From: Torpedo marmorata
Lineage: Eukaryota
Length of the DNA: 64,000 nucleotides
Direction of reading: 5' to 3'
NCBI GenBank assembly: GCA_977017645.1
Contig: OZ360239.1
Coordinates: forward strand, 39,804,001-39,868,000
Shown: positions 35,057 through 48,263 of the stretch, in pieces
How positions within the stretch are numbered: the first letter of the stretch is position 1
Layout: each line of letters starts with the position of its first letter
Notes under the pieces: model-generated
Database searches by the model: none
What the model was told of the DNA's origin: nothing
The model's input: the letters and a program-made list of their open reading frames with translations, nothing else
Position numbers and translations under genes: made by a program

Positions 35057-37468
35057 AAATACAATAAAAAATGAAAAGTAAAATTATACGCCCTACTTCC
35101 TCATCACAAATTCTTTCCTTTCAGGTATTCTCCAGCTCCCTTATGAATGCTGCCTCCATACTACTACCCTGACAATTCATTCCACACCTCAGTGATTCAC
35201 TGTGTAAAAATATTTAATTCTCATAACAGTTTTGCTTCCTTTGCAATTCATCTTCATTCCATGTCTCCTAATTTTTGAATCCTCTGTTAGAATTCAATTT
35301 ATATGTTGTAACATCTTTGGCCCATCCTGGAATAATCTTCTTAAGAAAAACCAGTTCTTTTCTTTTTACCTCTATTCTGTCACCAAACCATACAGCAGCT
35401 GCAAAGACATAGGTTTTCTTCTTTTGTTGAAAAACAGGAGAATTGTCAAGTTAAATGATAATTTACAACCCACTAAAGCATCATTGTTGGAAAGGGTGGT
35501 TCATAAGAATTCAATCTCTTTCGTAGTAACAAAACCTAACATCTGCAATAATGATTCTTTGATGCTCAACAAGCATCCAATAAGCCACTGGACTGATATA
35601 AATGTGGAAGTCATTGTTAGTATGGCTGTTCAGTGTATTAAGTTTATGTAACATGACTCACCAGTCCCTTCATTCGCTGGTGTCTTCTATCGTCAGCAAA
35701 TTCTTGGGCTAGAGGACAGTCCTAAATATCCAGAAATGCCAAATGTGTCAGCCTTGATTAACTCATACTGTGATCTTTCCTGACTGTTCTTTAATATTGT
35801 GCAGATCTTGAAGTGAATGTGGGGGACATTCATGAAATCCCATTGAACCCAGTGACAACAATGCTATTTATGGCAAGTGTTCTGATCACATATGGAGAAG
35901 GCTCTGGTTTTCTCAAAGTACAATGCACACGTGAATATCTGATCCATTTAATATTGGCTTAGGTTCTGCCCTTATTGTTATGTTTATCTTATTTCCCCCT
36001 TTTGCTGCAGACCTTCTTCTGTCTGTCACAACAGTATGCAAAAGTTATTTAGCAAGCTATGGTAACCTTGGCACATACTGCAAGTGAGGCTAAACTGTAG
36101 AACACCTCTGCTCTTTCCAGGCATCTGAAATGCTCCTTGGGGACATCAATCAAATCTTTCCCTGGTGCCACATTTCATCTTGCCAGTTCCTGTCCCTGGA
36201 TTATACATTTTGTGAGCTGGCTGTGGTACATTTCTGGTCTCCCAGCAGCCACTCCTGCAGATTTCAGAGCCCTTCAAAAATTGCTGGCAGACTTGACTGT
36301 TGTTGGATGAAAGAACCATTGAAGTTGCCAAGGTAATGACATTCATATGCACAATGTGGCTGGAGAACAGTTGTATATTCTTGGAGCAGCAATTCTTTCT
36401 GTTCCAAAAAGAAGTGTCTCGGGTTGGGACGCAATTATAACCTGCACACTGGGTAAACCTGCCGTAAGGCAGAAATGGAGGGTTATTTCCTGTTGGAGTC
36501 TGCTTTAGAAGGTTTAGTTCACTGCCTTTGGCAAACAACAGGGAGCTGGAACTAGGACTGGGACTCAAGCTGGGTAATTACTGAGGAGATTGGGTCAAAC
36601 ACCAATTCTCCATTCCCTATCCCTCTCCTGTACCTCCCAATTCCCACTCCAATTTTACTTTCCACTGAAAAAGAAAAAAATATTAAAATAGAGTGGAGTG
36701 TTAAAGCAACAAGAGATCTATGGTATTTCCAGTTGGGCAAATCCATTTTAACAGTTGAATGGCAAAATTGGGCTCTAACTGTTGGGAGATACGACAAAAG
36801 ACAGTTATGATTGCTTGACTGAAATTCTCCCCGGTGTTCATTACAACTGTAACTGCTTGTAACGATTCACAGCTGACTGTGTTTTGGAAGCAGTTCCCAA
36901 GATTTGCAGGATTGTGTATGATTTTGTTATGGCCTCTGGGGAAACTTAGACTGTGCATTTAGCATGCATCGTTAGACTACTACAAAGAGGGGGGGAGCCT
37001 TGAGTCGTGTTGAGGTGAGGATAGATCATAATTTACTGTAAATATATGTCTGATAAGCTTCTGCTGAATTTCCCTGCCCTCTCCAGAATGTGCAAAAGAC
37101 AGAGGTGTGCACTCAGAATTTCCGAAGTCCCTCAACAATAATTCCAATTTTTGGGTAATGGTAATGTTCTTCTTGATAAATCTTTCAGGAAGTGCCTCAG
37201 AATATTCATCACCTTCCTTTGACCAACAACAGCAATAAAACATACAACAAATGACTGCAAAACAGCAATATACATTTAAGACTAACAACTTTTCTGAAGT
37301 GAGGCTATTTCTCTTGTAGCAATTGTTTTATATGCTTGTTCATGAGTGAATTGAAATTCAAGGTCATTCTCTTTCCTTTGAAAATGAACTGAGCTATGGG
37401 AGAGTTCACCACATACTTGGGATGCAGGCTCCATACATCTGGTGCACCAGCTGATTCCCTTTTATAGC

Positions 37469-37626
37469 AAAAACACAATGCTGGAGAAACTCAGCGTGAC
37501 AAGCCCGAAACGTTGGTTATGTATCTTTATCTTTGCTATATAAAGTACACTGTTTGACCTGCTGAGTTTCTCCAGCATTGTTTTTACTTCAACCACAGTG
37601 TCTGCAGACTTTTGTGTTTTACTTCT
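37469..37626. mobile_element. PLE-derived fold-back element
   Basis: Inverted arms; 14-bp TSD ttcccttt(t/g)atagc at 37455-37468 and 37627-37640. Confidence 0.88.
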
Positions 37627-38591
37627 TTCCCTTTGATAGCGATGTGCACAAGCATGAGGAACTGACATGGTGATGCGATGAGTGCCAAAGATTACATTCT
37701 GATGGACAATATTTCTCTAATTTTGGACAGGGAATAATATGGGGTACTTTTAATTATTTTATTGCTTAATTTAAAATTAACATATAGATCTAATAAGGTC
37801 ATCCACAATGCTCAATTTATTAAAATAAGGATGGTTATGACCAAATACTCTACACCCATATGTTGCTCTGCTTACCACAACAACATAATGGAGGTCAGCG
37901 AAAATGAATCAGAGAAAATTCCAATTTCCAAAAACAAACAAAAACTAAAACTGCTTGAATTTAATTTACCAACTGATACTGCATTCAGTTGGAGTTGAAA
38001 CATTAGGTTTAAACTAAACTCATTTTGTTATGACTGATGAAAAGTTTGGACCACAGTTTGGAAGAAAAAGGTATTAGTAACTTGGAGCATGCCTAGCACT
38101 CACTGGAAGCTTTCAGAGAAGTCAGGCTGGTGGACACGTCTGCCTAACAAAACTCAGCCAGCACACAGAGCCCATGATGCCAGATTGCCTGCAATGAATA
38201 GTGTTGCTCCTAAAGGAACACAGAAAATAAAAGCACATTTCCGTTAAGTACTCAGCACAGTGGCCATGATTCTTGACATGTAGACTACTGACATCAAGCA
38301 GATTAAGACAAAGTTACTAAGGGAAGCTTACAGCAGGAAGTCTGACCCAAGGCTAACAGTTTCTGCTGAAGAAGGGAAACTGACTCACAGACAGACCGTA
38401 AATACAGTCTGTGGGGTCCAGAAGTGGAAAAATACTGCCAACTGCCTGCAGATACTATTGGAAAATCTGACAGCATTCTTCAGGATACACAACTTAAAAG
38501 TAAAGCCACCAATTCATTTTGATTTCAGATGTGCTGTACAACACAATCTTCCCACAATATTCTATCTACGTCATAACCAACAAAATCAAAC

Positions 38592-39890
38592 ATTCCTCTT
38601 CTTAGACAGTCCTTCAGGATTGAGGATGACTTGCTTCCACTCCAATTTTGTGGATTCTGAGGAAACTAAGGAGACCAATCTGGGTCCCGCAGCTTCTCCG
38701 CAGGTGGGGCAGGAGATGCACCATAAGGTGGGCAGGTGATGTGGCTTTGCTGCCATTAACTTTGGGCTTCTGGGCCTTCCCAATGAAGAACTCAAGATTC
38801 TCAGTGTCATCCCAGATGCTCCTTCTCCACTTTGAATGGGTTTGGGCCATGCATTCCCATGAGCCAGTCAGGACATTTTAATTCTTAAAGGAAATCTTGA
38901 ATAATTTTCTCTGTAATCTCTTGTTCAGATGGAATTTAGAGTACCATATGTCGGCATATAAGACGACTCGTGTATAAGATGGCTCCCAGAATTTCCACTT
39001 AAAATATAGGCTTTGAGCTATACTTGCTGTATAAGACTACCTCAAGTCTGGCATTTACCACTGACCAGTGGAGTGTTGCTGTCACAATATTTTAAAAGCA
39101 AATTACCCAGTAAAGGTTTACATTTTATTAGCATATTTTAAAATAAACCACCATCAGCTCCTTTAACAGGCCGTTTAAAGCCTGTACAGAGTCGACGGCA
39201 GTTGGACTGGGTGTATGGACCCCGCGGGGGAGCACTGAGACTCCGCTGTTAAGGTTCGGATTTCATACTTGGCGTATAAGATGACCTCTGGTTTTTGGGT
39301 GACATTTTAAAGATTCAAATACCGTCTTATACGCTGACATATATGGACGGTACTTGTTTCATATGTTTGATGTTACTCATGCAAATAACCTATCCTATCC
39401 GTCAGAGACAAATAAGTGTAATTAAATCTTCGATGTTGGGAATGCTGTGCTGGAAGAGAATTTTGATGCTTGTTCCCTTATCCTGCCAGTGGATTTGAAG
39501 GACTTTGCAGTGATAGCATAGATGGCATCTTCCCAGTGTTTAACAGAGTCCATGTCTCAAAAGTATTTGCGGATTACTGCTGCCCAGCAGATCCTGCGCT
39601 GTGTGCTGAATTTGAGGTCTTGATTTCAAAAACTCTCATCAGCAATGACTGTCATTAATAAGAGATGACTCCTGAGATTTGGGATTGTTTTTCAGGGACT
39701 CATTGTGAACCTTTTTTGTCAGGGACAGTGCTGTACAGTTGAATGAGAATCTTTGTTTCATGGTGTTCAATGCACTACCCGTTCCCCTGTAAGCCTTAGT
39801 CAACAGGTTGATGGCGACTTGGGAGTCTGCCCTCCAAGCATGTGGATTTCCAAGTAACATCTGAGTACTTCAGCTCCATGACTGAGACCT
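38592..39890 (-). mobile_element. RTE-clade LINE 3' fragment (decayed), interrupted by a MITE
   Basis: Minus-strand peptides LQIHWQDK and SWE..AQTHSKWRRSIWD resemble the RTE ORF C-terminus. Confidence 0.65.
38944..39346. mobile_element. Tc1/mariner-pogo (Tc2-like) MITE, same family as 7831-8292
   Basis: TIRs ccatatgtcggcatataagacg / cgtcttatacgctgacatatatgg; body aligns with the first copy. Confidence 0.85.
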
Positions 39891-40114
39891 TGAGACTGAA
39901 AATGAGACCAAGTGAGGTGGAGAGGAGATAGATTTAATCATTTACTATTTGTCTTACAGTTAACTCTATTTCAGTAGGAAGCTTGTCAGAGTTGGACAAA
40001 ATTTGACAAAGATTGACAAAAAAGTATCGGGGTAGCATCACTGTCTTGCTTGCACTGGTCTACAATGGAACTGGGTCTACTGAGAATGGAAAAGCATTTA
40101 GCCTTATACAATAA

Positions 40115-40222
40115 AAAATAAAATCTGCATATGCTGGAGTCGAGTGCTATACACACGTGCTGGAGAAACTCAGTGGACCCGCAGCATCCACAGGAACATC
40201 CATCCAGCACATTTGTGTATTG
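40115..40222. mobile_element. Collapsed PLE-derived fold-back element
   Basis: atacacacgtgctgga ... tccagcacatttgtgtat. Confidence 0.65.
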
Positions 40223-40762
40223 TGAAGAGAAAGCATTCATGCCTCTGCTGTAATTGGAATAGGCTCTAACAGATTCCATTCAATCAGAACCAAAGAATTT
40301 GTGACTATTAACTGAAGAATTAAGCTAAATTATTTTAAAGTAGTCCATTAACAATTTAACTTAGTTACAGTTTAAGCAAGGCACTGAAAACAAAAACTCT
40401 CTGTGCCTCTTCAAAGTGAATCGTCTATTGAATTTGGGCAATGAAAGAGCAGGGTTTCTCTGCTTCAATTGCGTGACATGTTGTACTTGCCAGCACAGCT
40501 TCTGCTTCATGGCCTGCCTCTCTGCTCGTGTCCCACCTCAACCAGTCAACTATTCTCCCATTTTTCTGATCTCCAAGCGTGCCATCAATGATCTATTCAA
40601 AGATCACCATTTCCAACTTATCCCAAATGTTAGCCATAAATGTCAAAAATCTTTTTATTGCTAAACTGAAATTGAAGTGCCACCTTTTACAATTGACTTG
40701 AAATAGCAAAAATAAAAAAATCAGCAAATCCCATACCCTGTCAATCAGCAAGTCTGCAGAGG

Positions 40763-40914
40763 TCATTCTGCTTATTCCTTGAAGAAGGGCTCAGGCCTGA
40801 AACGTCGGCAATATATCTTTGCTTTTTATGGACGCTGAAAAGTCCGGCTGAGTTCCCCCAGCATTTTGGTGTGTTTTTACTACAATCAGAGCATCTGCAG
40901 ACTTTCGTGTTTCA
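40763..40914 (+). mobile_element. Solo PLE terminal repeat with hammerhead-like motif (40777-40808)
   Basis: cc-TTGAAGA-AGGGCTCAGGCCT-GAAACGTC-gg; 9-bp TSD ctgcagagg at 40754-40762 and 40915-40923. Confidence 0.85.
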
Positions 40915-41624
40915 CTGCAGAGGCCCAGGGCTTGCTTCAGTGAGAATGGCTTTTTCATTGGTGGTTATCTTCAGAATCGCCAGCCTTATGACTACCCAGA
41001 TATCCCTCCCATCAGGACTCTGGTTCAGGTGCAGCCTTTTTCAGTTCCATGATTCTTGTTACATGTACTGGGATAAAGTGAGAAACAGAGTCCCAGTTAC
41101 CTCTGTTGCAGTCACTACTTATCCACATTACAAGGTGCACGTATGGAATGCAATGAATGTTGTAAATAAAAGCTCTGCTTATCTGCTCACTATTTTGGCC
41201 AAACAAAATTGTAGTAAGATATACAAAGAAGTGAAACAAAATCTATTGTTCTCAAAGTGGAAACAGAATTAGTTGGACACCTGAATATTGACACGTTGTC
41301 TCCATTCCAGAAGACTTTGAAATATGAATGTTTTGGAGGTCTACAATTACAGGACTGCATTGCTAATCTATTTTAAGGCAACTATATAAAGCTTTAAAGC
41401 TGTTCAGTACATTATAGCCGTTATGATTCAATTTTTAGTTTTGGGAACACTTAGCATGCTGAATAGAATGATGATAGGCATTAAATATGGGAGACTCTCA
41501 GACACTGTAAAATATCACCCCTGGTTTTGGCCAGAGCCAAACCTTCTGCCATAGACAGTCAGGACAAACTGGAAACTGAGCCAATGCACTCTGCCACGTG
41601 CAGCCGAGACACTGCTGAGGCCTT

Positions 41625-41764
41625 TGATGAAGGGCTCAAGCCTGAAACGTCGGTTATGTATTTCTACCTTTGCTACATAAAAGACACTGTTTGACCTGCT
41701 GAGTTCTCCAGCTTTTGTGTTTTTTACTTCAACCACGGTGTCTACAGATTTTCGTGTTTACTTT
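41625..41764 (+). mobile_element. Solo PLE terminal repeat starting at the hammerhead-like core
   Basis: (t)TGATGA-AGGGCTCAAGCCT-GAAACGTC-gg; 9-bp TSD tgaggcctt at 41616-41624 and 41765-41773. Confidence 0.85.
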
Positions 41765-42019
41765 TGAGGCCTTGGTATGCCTTGCTGGATGACTCCACTG
41801 GGAGTCAGTGCTTGCCTCTACCACAGGTAAATTCAGGCAGGCATGCAAGGATGATTAGTAGGGTCCAGCCTAATACCAATAACAATTCCAAAATTAAAGG
41901 AGGAAAATAGAACGTTAATCAAAATTCACATAATAGGAAATAGTTGGTTGAAAGTAGTAGAAATGTGAAAGAGAAATATGAAATATGGGTGCTTTGAAAC
42001 GGAAAGTTGGGCTTGGTTG

Positions 42020-43620
42020 TGCGGCAGAACTAAACATTCTTTATGCAGATGCCCATCATACATACAAACAGAATAAATTGCCGGCTGAAATTCAACTGGG
42101 AGGATATGAAATAGAGGCTGTTCCTGAGATATGGCTGCAAGATAGTCAGGACTGGCAACTGAATATAGCAGATTAAAAGGAAACTGTGGGGAAACTGAAG
42201 CCTCAGTGATTAACACTGAAATTGTTTCATTGCTGAGAAAGAAGATAACAAGCAACAAACAGGTACTGAGGACTTTATGACAAGGACATTCAGTAGCATC
42301 ACAATGTTCTTTTTTGTATTATGTATTTGAAAATGGACTTTACTTAAATGAAATGCAATAAAGACCATTTCTAAGTCAATTAGTGCCACTTTGGAAATTC
42401 AGCTGGACACTTCCTCGTGTGATCAACCCTTGCATGCCTGATGTGATTTCTGCATCACTTGAATACAAGGTGATGTTTACTCCTGACTGTTGACATTTTT
42501 GCCCCGTTTCATTCACAAGTCTGAACTCTGAGGGTTTCCAATCAGAGGAGAATCGCTCCCTGACGTACTGAAGCCTAAATTAAGACTTAGAAATTTTCAA
42601 TCAATCAGAGACATTTGACCAGTTTTTGGAAAGGATGCTTGACAAGTCTGATGGATGGTTTGATGATAGAGCTGAAGTGGACAGGATCTTACCATTAGTT
42701 TTATATGGACATCTGATAAACCTCCTCACAAGAGTATGTTCCTGAAGTTGAATGATGTCCAGAAGTCTAGGGTTGGGGCCTCAACTATTCCCTGCATTTT
42801 TTAAACCACTTACAGTAAATGATGGAGATAAGAAAGCTATATTGTCAAGCTTTTCAACACAAAGCTAGCAGTGTGGATAGAAACATTATATTGCTATGAT
42901 ATAATAAGAGATTAACATGACGGCAAGTAAAATTCAACATGGGCAAATATGGTATTGTTCACTTCTGAAATGGAAAGAGTACTAAATGTGAAAATTACTA
43001 TCAGTGGAAGTTCAAGGGGGCTTGGACATCCATGTATAGAGAACATTAAATATTATGGAAAAGGTGTAGAATTATTCAAAAACATTAATGGAATGCTGAT
43101 GTTTATATCTGGAGGATAAGAACGTAAGGGTGTTGAAGTTAAGGTTCAACTTTATAAAGACCTAGTTAGTTCATACCTGTAATATCGCACTTTGGTATGA
43201 ATTTATTGACCTTGAGATGAGGGCATTATACCTCTGCAGGAATTAAATTACGAGGAGAAATTACACAAATATGGGCTGTTTTCCTTGAAATTTCAGATAG
43301 GGGGGAGATTTGGTTGAAGTTTGCAAAATATTAAGAAAATCTATCTCTACTGTTTTGGGATGAATTGTAAAAGAATATAAGATTTTGAAACAAATCATTT
43401 AAAAACAAGCAAACTGATAGAAGTTTAAAGCTTTGGAATGGATTTTCACAAATAGCACGATGCTAAATTGATTTATAATCTTAATCTCAGGTTAATGGAT
43501 TTTTTCAAAAAACTGAAAGTCATAAAAAATGTGAAGAAATGATGGGTGTATGGACTTAGGCCCCTGTAAATGTCAAAATAGCTCATGGGACAGAATAGCT
43601 TATTCAGTCTTGTCTTTGCT
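42020..43620 (+). mobile_element. Ancient, heavily deleted CR1 LINE
   Basis: Scattered CR1 ORF2-like stretches (gagatatggctgcaaga, ggggcctcaactatt, gggggagatttggttgaagttt). Confidence 0.55.
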
Positions 43621-43955
43621 ACTGTGTTCCCATGACAAAGGAGTGACAATTTCATTGCAGGATTGGAAGAGTAGAAATTGAAAGTGGAAGACAGACAGCA
43701 TAAATGAACAGAAACTCAAGGATTAAAAGAAAATAAAAGAAGTGGCCTCAATGAATACATGGGGCATTTGTGAGAAGAGGGAGGATTTCTGTAGCGGGAG
43801 CTCAGAAGAATGGACCTGCTGGGTGTTCTGCACAAAGTAACTGCAGGATTTCTCTTAAACTTTTATTATTTTTCTTGCCTGCTAAGCAGCCAACTTGGCA
43901 GGTTGGCTGTCTTTAGGATGGGCAAGCAGCCAAGAAGTATAGTGAGACTAAGAAC

Positions 43956-43985
43956 GGGGGGGGGGGGGGGGGGTGGGGGGGGGGG
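43956..43985 (+). repeat. G homopolymer tract (~30 nt, one T)
   Basis: Seen directly. Confidence 0.95.
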
Positions 43986-44072
43986 ATGGATAGCTAGCTA
44001 TGTGGGAAGAAAGACTAGAGTTGGAGATCAATAGATTAATGCACAAAGAATGAAGTGGACCACTTCATTTTA

Positions 44073-44095
44073 AACACACACACACACACACACAC
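44073..44095. repeat. (CA)n microsatellite
   Basis: Seen directly. Confidence 0.95.
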
Positions 44096-45339
44096 CTCGT
44101 AGACGCCAAAATCTACTCTCTCCCTCATTGTTACAAGAACAGAAAATGGGACAACTTTCTATTTTCACTCCAAGCAATTTCTTTCAAATCAATCCTCAAT
44201 ACAAAAGCTAAGATGCTTCAGACCCAAAGGAATAATAAAATATGTGGGGATAAAGTTTTGGCTATAGATTCTACGTCAGAACTGAAAGGTTGCTTACACA
44301 TTACTTGGAACATTTAACTACCCCATGGTTTTTAAGTTCTGAAGGAAATTCTGGATATTTCCAAAATCTTCATTTCATTTCAGATCATCAGCAACCAGCA
44401 GACTATTGTAGGAAGAGTCCGTGCATATTTTAGAAACATAAGTTCAGGTTGTGCCAAAGTTCAGGTAGATGCAGGATCAATCCTGGACCCAGCCAGGAGC
44501 CCAGACTGTCTGTGGTCCTCAACCTCCCACATGAACACCCAAAAGAGTTTGATTGGATGAGCTGACATGGCAAAGCAGAGTGGTCTCCAGTTATCAATGA
44601 GTTTTAGTCATTTCATGCTGAGGGCCCATTCCCAAGATAACCTGAGACCCACTGACTGCTTGCCAGTGTCAAGGAATCAATTGTTTTTGAATGTTTCGGT
44701 TGTTTTAAAAATTACTCAAATACATTAAAAAATTACTCAAATAAATTTAAATAATCAAAACTATATTAAAATGTTAAGTGAATAAACAAATGAAAACACC
44801 ATAAAAATGTAAACATGATTAAAATCTATTTTATGTAAAATGTACACCTATTTTTTTCCAAAAAGGGTGATGACTGCAGTCAAGTGAATGGGGTTGTTAT
44901 GAGTACATTGGCTGAGAGTTGGAGGGGGGTGTAAAGTTAAGTTTATGGGAGAAAGAGTTGAAGAGCAATAGGTCACTGCCCGCAGTCCCCACGCAAACTC
45001 CACTTTTTTCACATGCAGAGATATGGATGAACTGTAACTGAGACCATATAGGGCACTTCTCATATCAGAAGTCATTCTGTATTTTATATTTTGTACTTTT
45101 GTGGATCCCTGCAAAGGGGCAGTGGGACTGCTCTGTTGGGAGTAGGCATAAACCCAATGGGTTGAACAGCCTCCTTCCATATTATTAGAAGTAAGCAGAA
45201 CCCATCTGCTGAAGTGCAGCCATTTCCTCCGCTGAACATGTCAGTGCTCCACTGCTCGGCTCTATGGCGAGTCAAGTAGCGGAGCAAGTGGTCAGGTGTC
45301 CCATTGGACTTCTGCATTTGGCTTTCCATGCATCTTCCA

Positions 45340-45895
45340 AATTCAGCTAACCCACACTCCCTGTGCTCCTTTCTCACTCCTTCGGCTTCCCCATCACTCA
45401 ATTTTGTTCCCCATCTCTACCTGGTTCCATCTACCTATCATTTCCCCTTTATCTGGTTCCAACCATTCCAAATATCACCTTCTGACCTTTGTCTCTACCT
45501 CCCCGACCTGGTTCCATCTTCCCATCATCCCTCCTTTATCTGGTTCCAACCATTACCTTCCAACCTTTGTCTCTACTTTCACATCTGATTCCATCTGCTC
45601 TTCTCTCTCTCTCTTTCCTTATCTGTCCCACCAGCCACTATCTCCCAACTCTACCCCTCCATCTCACCTGGCTTCAACTGCCCATCATCTCCACCCACTC
45701 CTGGTTCCACCTGCCAGCTCTTGTTTTGCCTTCCTCCTCACCTCTCTGCTGAACACTCTCACTCGTGATGCAGGGTGTCGACCCAAAACATCAACTATCC
45801 CATGGCCTCCAGTGCTGCTGCCTGACCCATTGAGTCCCACCAGCAGTTTGCTTTTTGCTCTAGATTACAGCATTTGCAGTTTGTTGTGTCTTTTG
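45340..45895 (+). mobile_element. Old PLE 3' UTR plus terminal repeat
   Basis: Pyrimidine-rich ctggttcca repeats, then gtgatgcagggtgtcgacccaaaacatc and gctgcctgacccattgagtcccaccagca. Confidence 0.65.
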
Positions 45896-48263
45896 ACATG
45901 ACCCAATGTTACTTGTTATTTCACAAAATCTGCCTAGTAGGAGTCCAAAACTAAATCCAAATTGTACATTGACATCAGTAAAATAATACAATGATAATTT
46001 TTGTGTAAAACTTGTAAAATGTTCCTTTGTAGAAGAAAACGAGTTCCAAATTGATACTTCTGCCAAATCGATAAAATTAAGCATTTCTTGTACAAAACAG
46101 TTAGCTTTAATTTAATTGTTGATAAATTGGCTTTACATCCCTTTAAAGAATCATAAATTAAAAAACACAAGAGCTACTCTTTTATTTGTGATGTGCCATA
46201 ACTTGTGCATATAAATTTAAATACAACTGTTTGTGGCAGGGTATTATAAACAGATCCTTATCATGGTTAAAAATTATAAGGGAGAAAAGGGCCCATGTCC
46301 CCTGTGTGTACTACAAACTCAGTTGGGTCTTTTTTTATCATTATTGTAGCAATAAGAATCCAGACAATATGAGCTCTACAGAAGCAAAGGGTTACGCTGA
46401 AAATACATAAAGCCTTTCAGCTCGTATTTCCTTGCTTGCGGGAGTACTGCACTATTGAAATATTATGTTACAGTTTATATTACTGAACACCTGATATTGA
46501 CACCTAATGTTTTATTTTATCCTGTGCATGTTGGACATAAATGCTATTTTCATTTGGCGTAAAAAATCTGCACTTGGAGGTAACCACACAAAAATGGCAC
46601 AGGACTCTTTCATAACCTCAGTAACCTTAGCTTTCTCCCTCAACCCCATGAGCCCAGTCACAATGAAGCCTCTGTCTAGATTTGGTAAAGGAGACATGGG
46701 ACAGATGATTCTCTGCATTGATTTATCCTTTGGTGGAAAGGTGAGGTGATGCAAAAATACATTAATGAAAACATATATTGTGTGTGGGCTGAGACACTGT
46801 TTGCTCACTCAAACCTTTTATAAGTTATTTATTGCAAAAAAATCTTTATTCTTGTACAGGAGAGTTTATTTAACTGCCAACTATTTTATAGTCTTAAAAA
46901 GCACATCCAAAAAAAATCTGTTACCTATCCACTTCCTGCATTTACTTCTGCCAGAGAAACATAAAATGGCTATAAATGAGGCTAAACTGTGCCCTCACTG
47001 CAATACTAACCGTTACATTTTAAACTTTCCATTTTCTGTGGACGTTGCAAAGCAAGCCTTGCTGTTGTAATGTATTTGCAAAGATCATGTGTAGCAACTG
47101 AAAAGTTAATTGGTTGGCCACTGAACGAAGGCAGCAGACTACATACAGAAGGTAGAACACTGGCAAATGCTCAGAGCAGGGCTGTTGGAAAATGACTCCT
47201 CCCAATATTGTTAAGGCAAAATCAACAACTTTAGTTGCTCAAAAGGTCTTCGAGGCTGGGGCTGGGGGTGGATGGTGGGCGTTGGTTGTAGTGAGTAGTT
47301 AATGCGGATGTATTGTTGGGAACACCAAGGACAAAGTGATGGAGTTTCAAGTGGAATCAGAAAAGTGCTGGAGGAATAGAGTTAACCTGTTCCACTGAAA
47401 ATTCAACAACCTAAAATGTTAGCTGTTAATTACTGACTTGGTATTCCCAGCATGTTCAGTCTTCTTTTAAATTTCCAACAACAATATTTTTGTATTATGG
47501 AATTTAATGTGGAGACTGGAAATATGGACTCGGTGCAAGATTTTAGGGGGCTTTCCATGGCAGGAGTACTCATTTGGAAGAGGTTGCTAATGTTGGGGAT
47601 AATACTGGCTGAGAGGAACAATGGGAAGAGTAATTAGCTTCTCTGCCAGACTTCCCCTTCTGTTTTTGATCAAACCCAGACCTTTGAACGTAGATACAAT
47701 AACTCTTCTCAGCCACTGCTGAAACAACTGAGTAGTTATTGGCCATTTTAACTTTCTCTCTCATTGCAGATTGTGGATTATTGATGAAGATTGAATTTCA
47801 AACAAAAATAGTGCTCACTAACTACTCAGGGTCCATTTTACCAGCTTCCCAGCAAGCTTGGTTGTGCACAATATAAAGCAAAGGCCTGACAGAGGTATGA
47901 AAAAGGTAAAACCAAAGTTAAGGGCTCAGAAGGGGGTATGATGTCCTACATGAAATAGTGAAGCACAGCCGCATGGTCCCTGGAACATTGTCCTCAGCTC
48001 CTAAACACTCTTCATTTCCAAAACAACTTATTAACATCTGTTGTTGAAACTTTCATGCATGCGCTCATCAATACAGACACAATTACTCCATTTCTTTCTT
48101 GGCTAGCTCCCACCCTCCACCCTTCATAAGATCCAGATCTCCCATAACTCTGCTGCTTATACTTTATCCCACACCCATATGCTCACTGGCTCCCAATCCC
48201 ACATTTCTCCTTGTTTTTAAATCATGCCATGGCATCTCTCCATACAAGCACATTAATTCCTTT

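Noticed and set aside
36146-37288. ORFs of 68-140 aa as host exons
   Set aside because: No recognisable domain and no consistent exon chain.
43956-43985. G-tract as a functional G-quadruplex
   Set aside because: Isolated homopolymer with no supporting context; its length is also prone to sequencing error.
45296-45901. 201-aa ORF
   Set aside because: Low-complexity translation of a pyrimidine-rich PLE 3' UTR.
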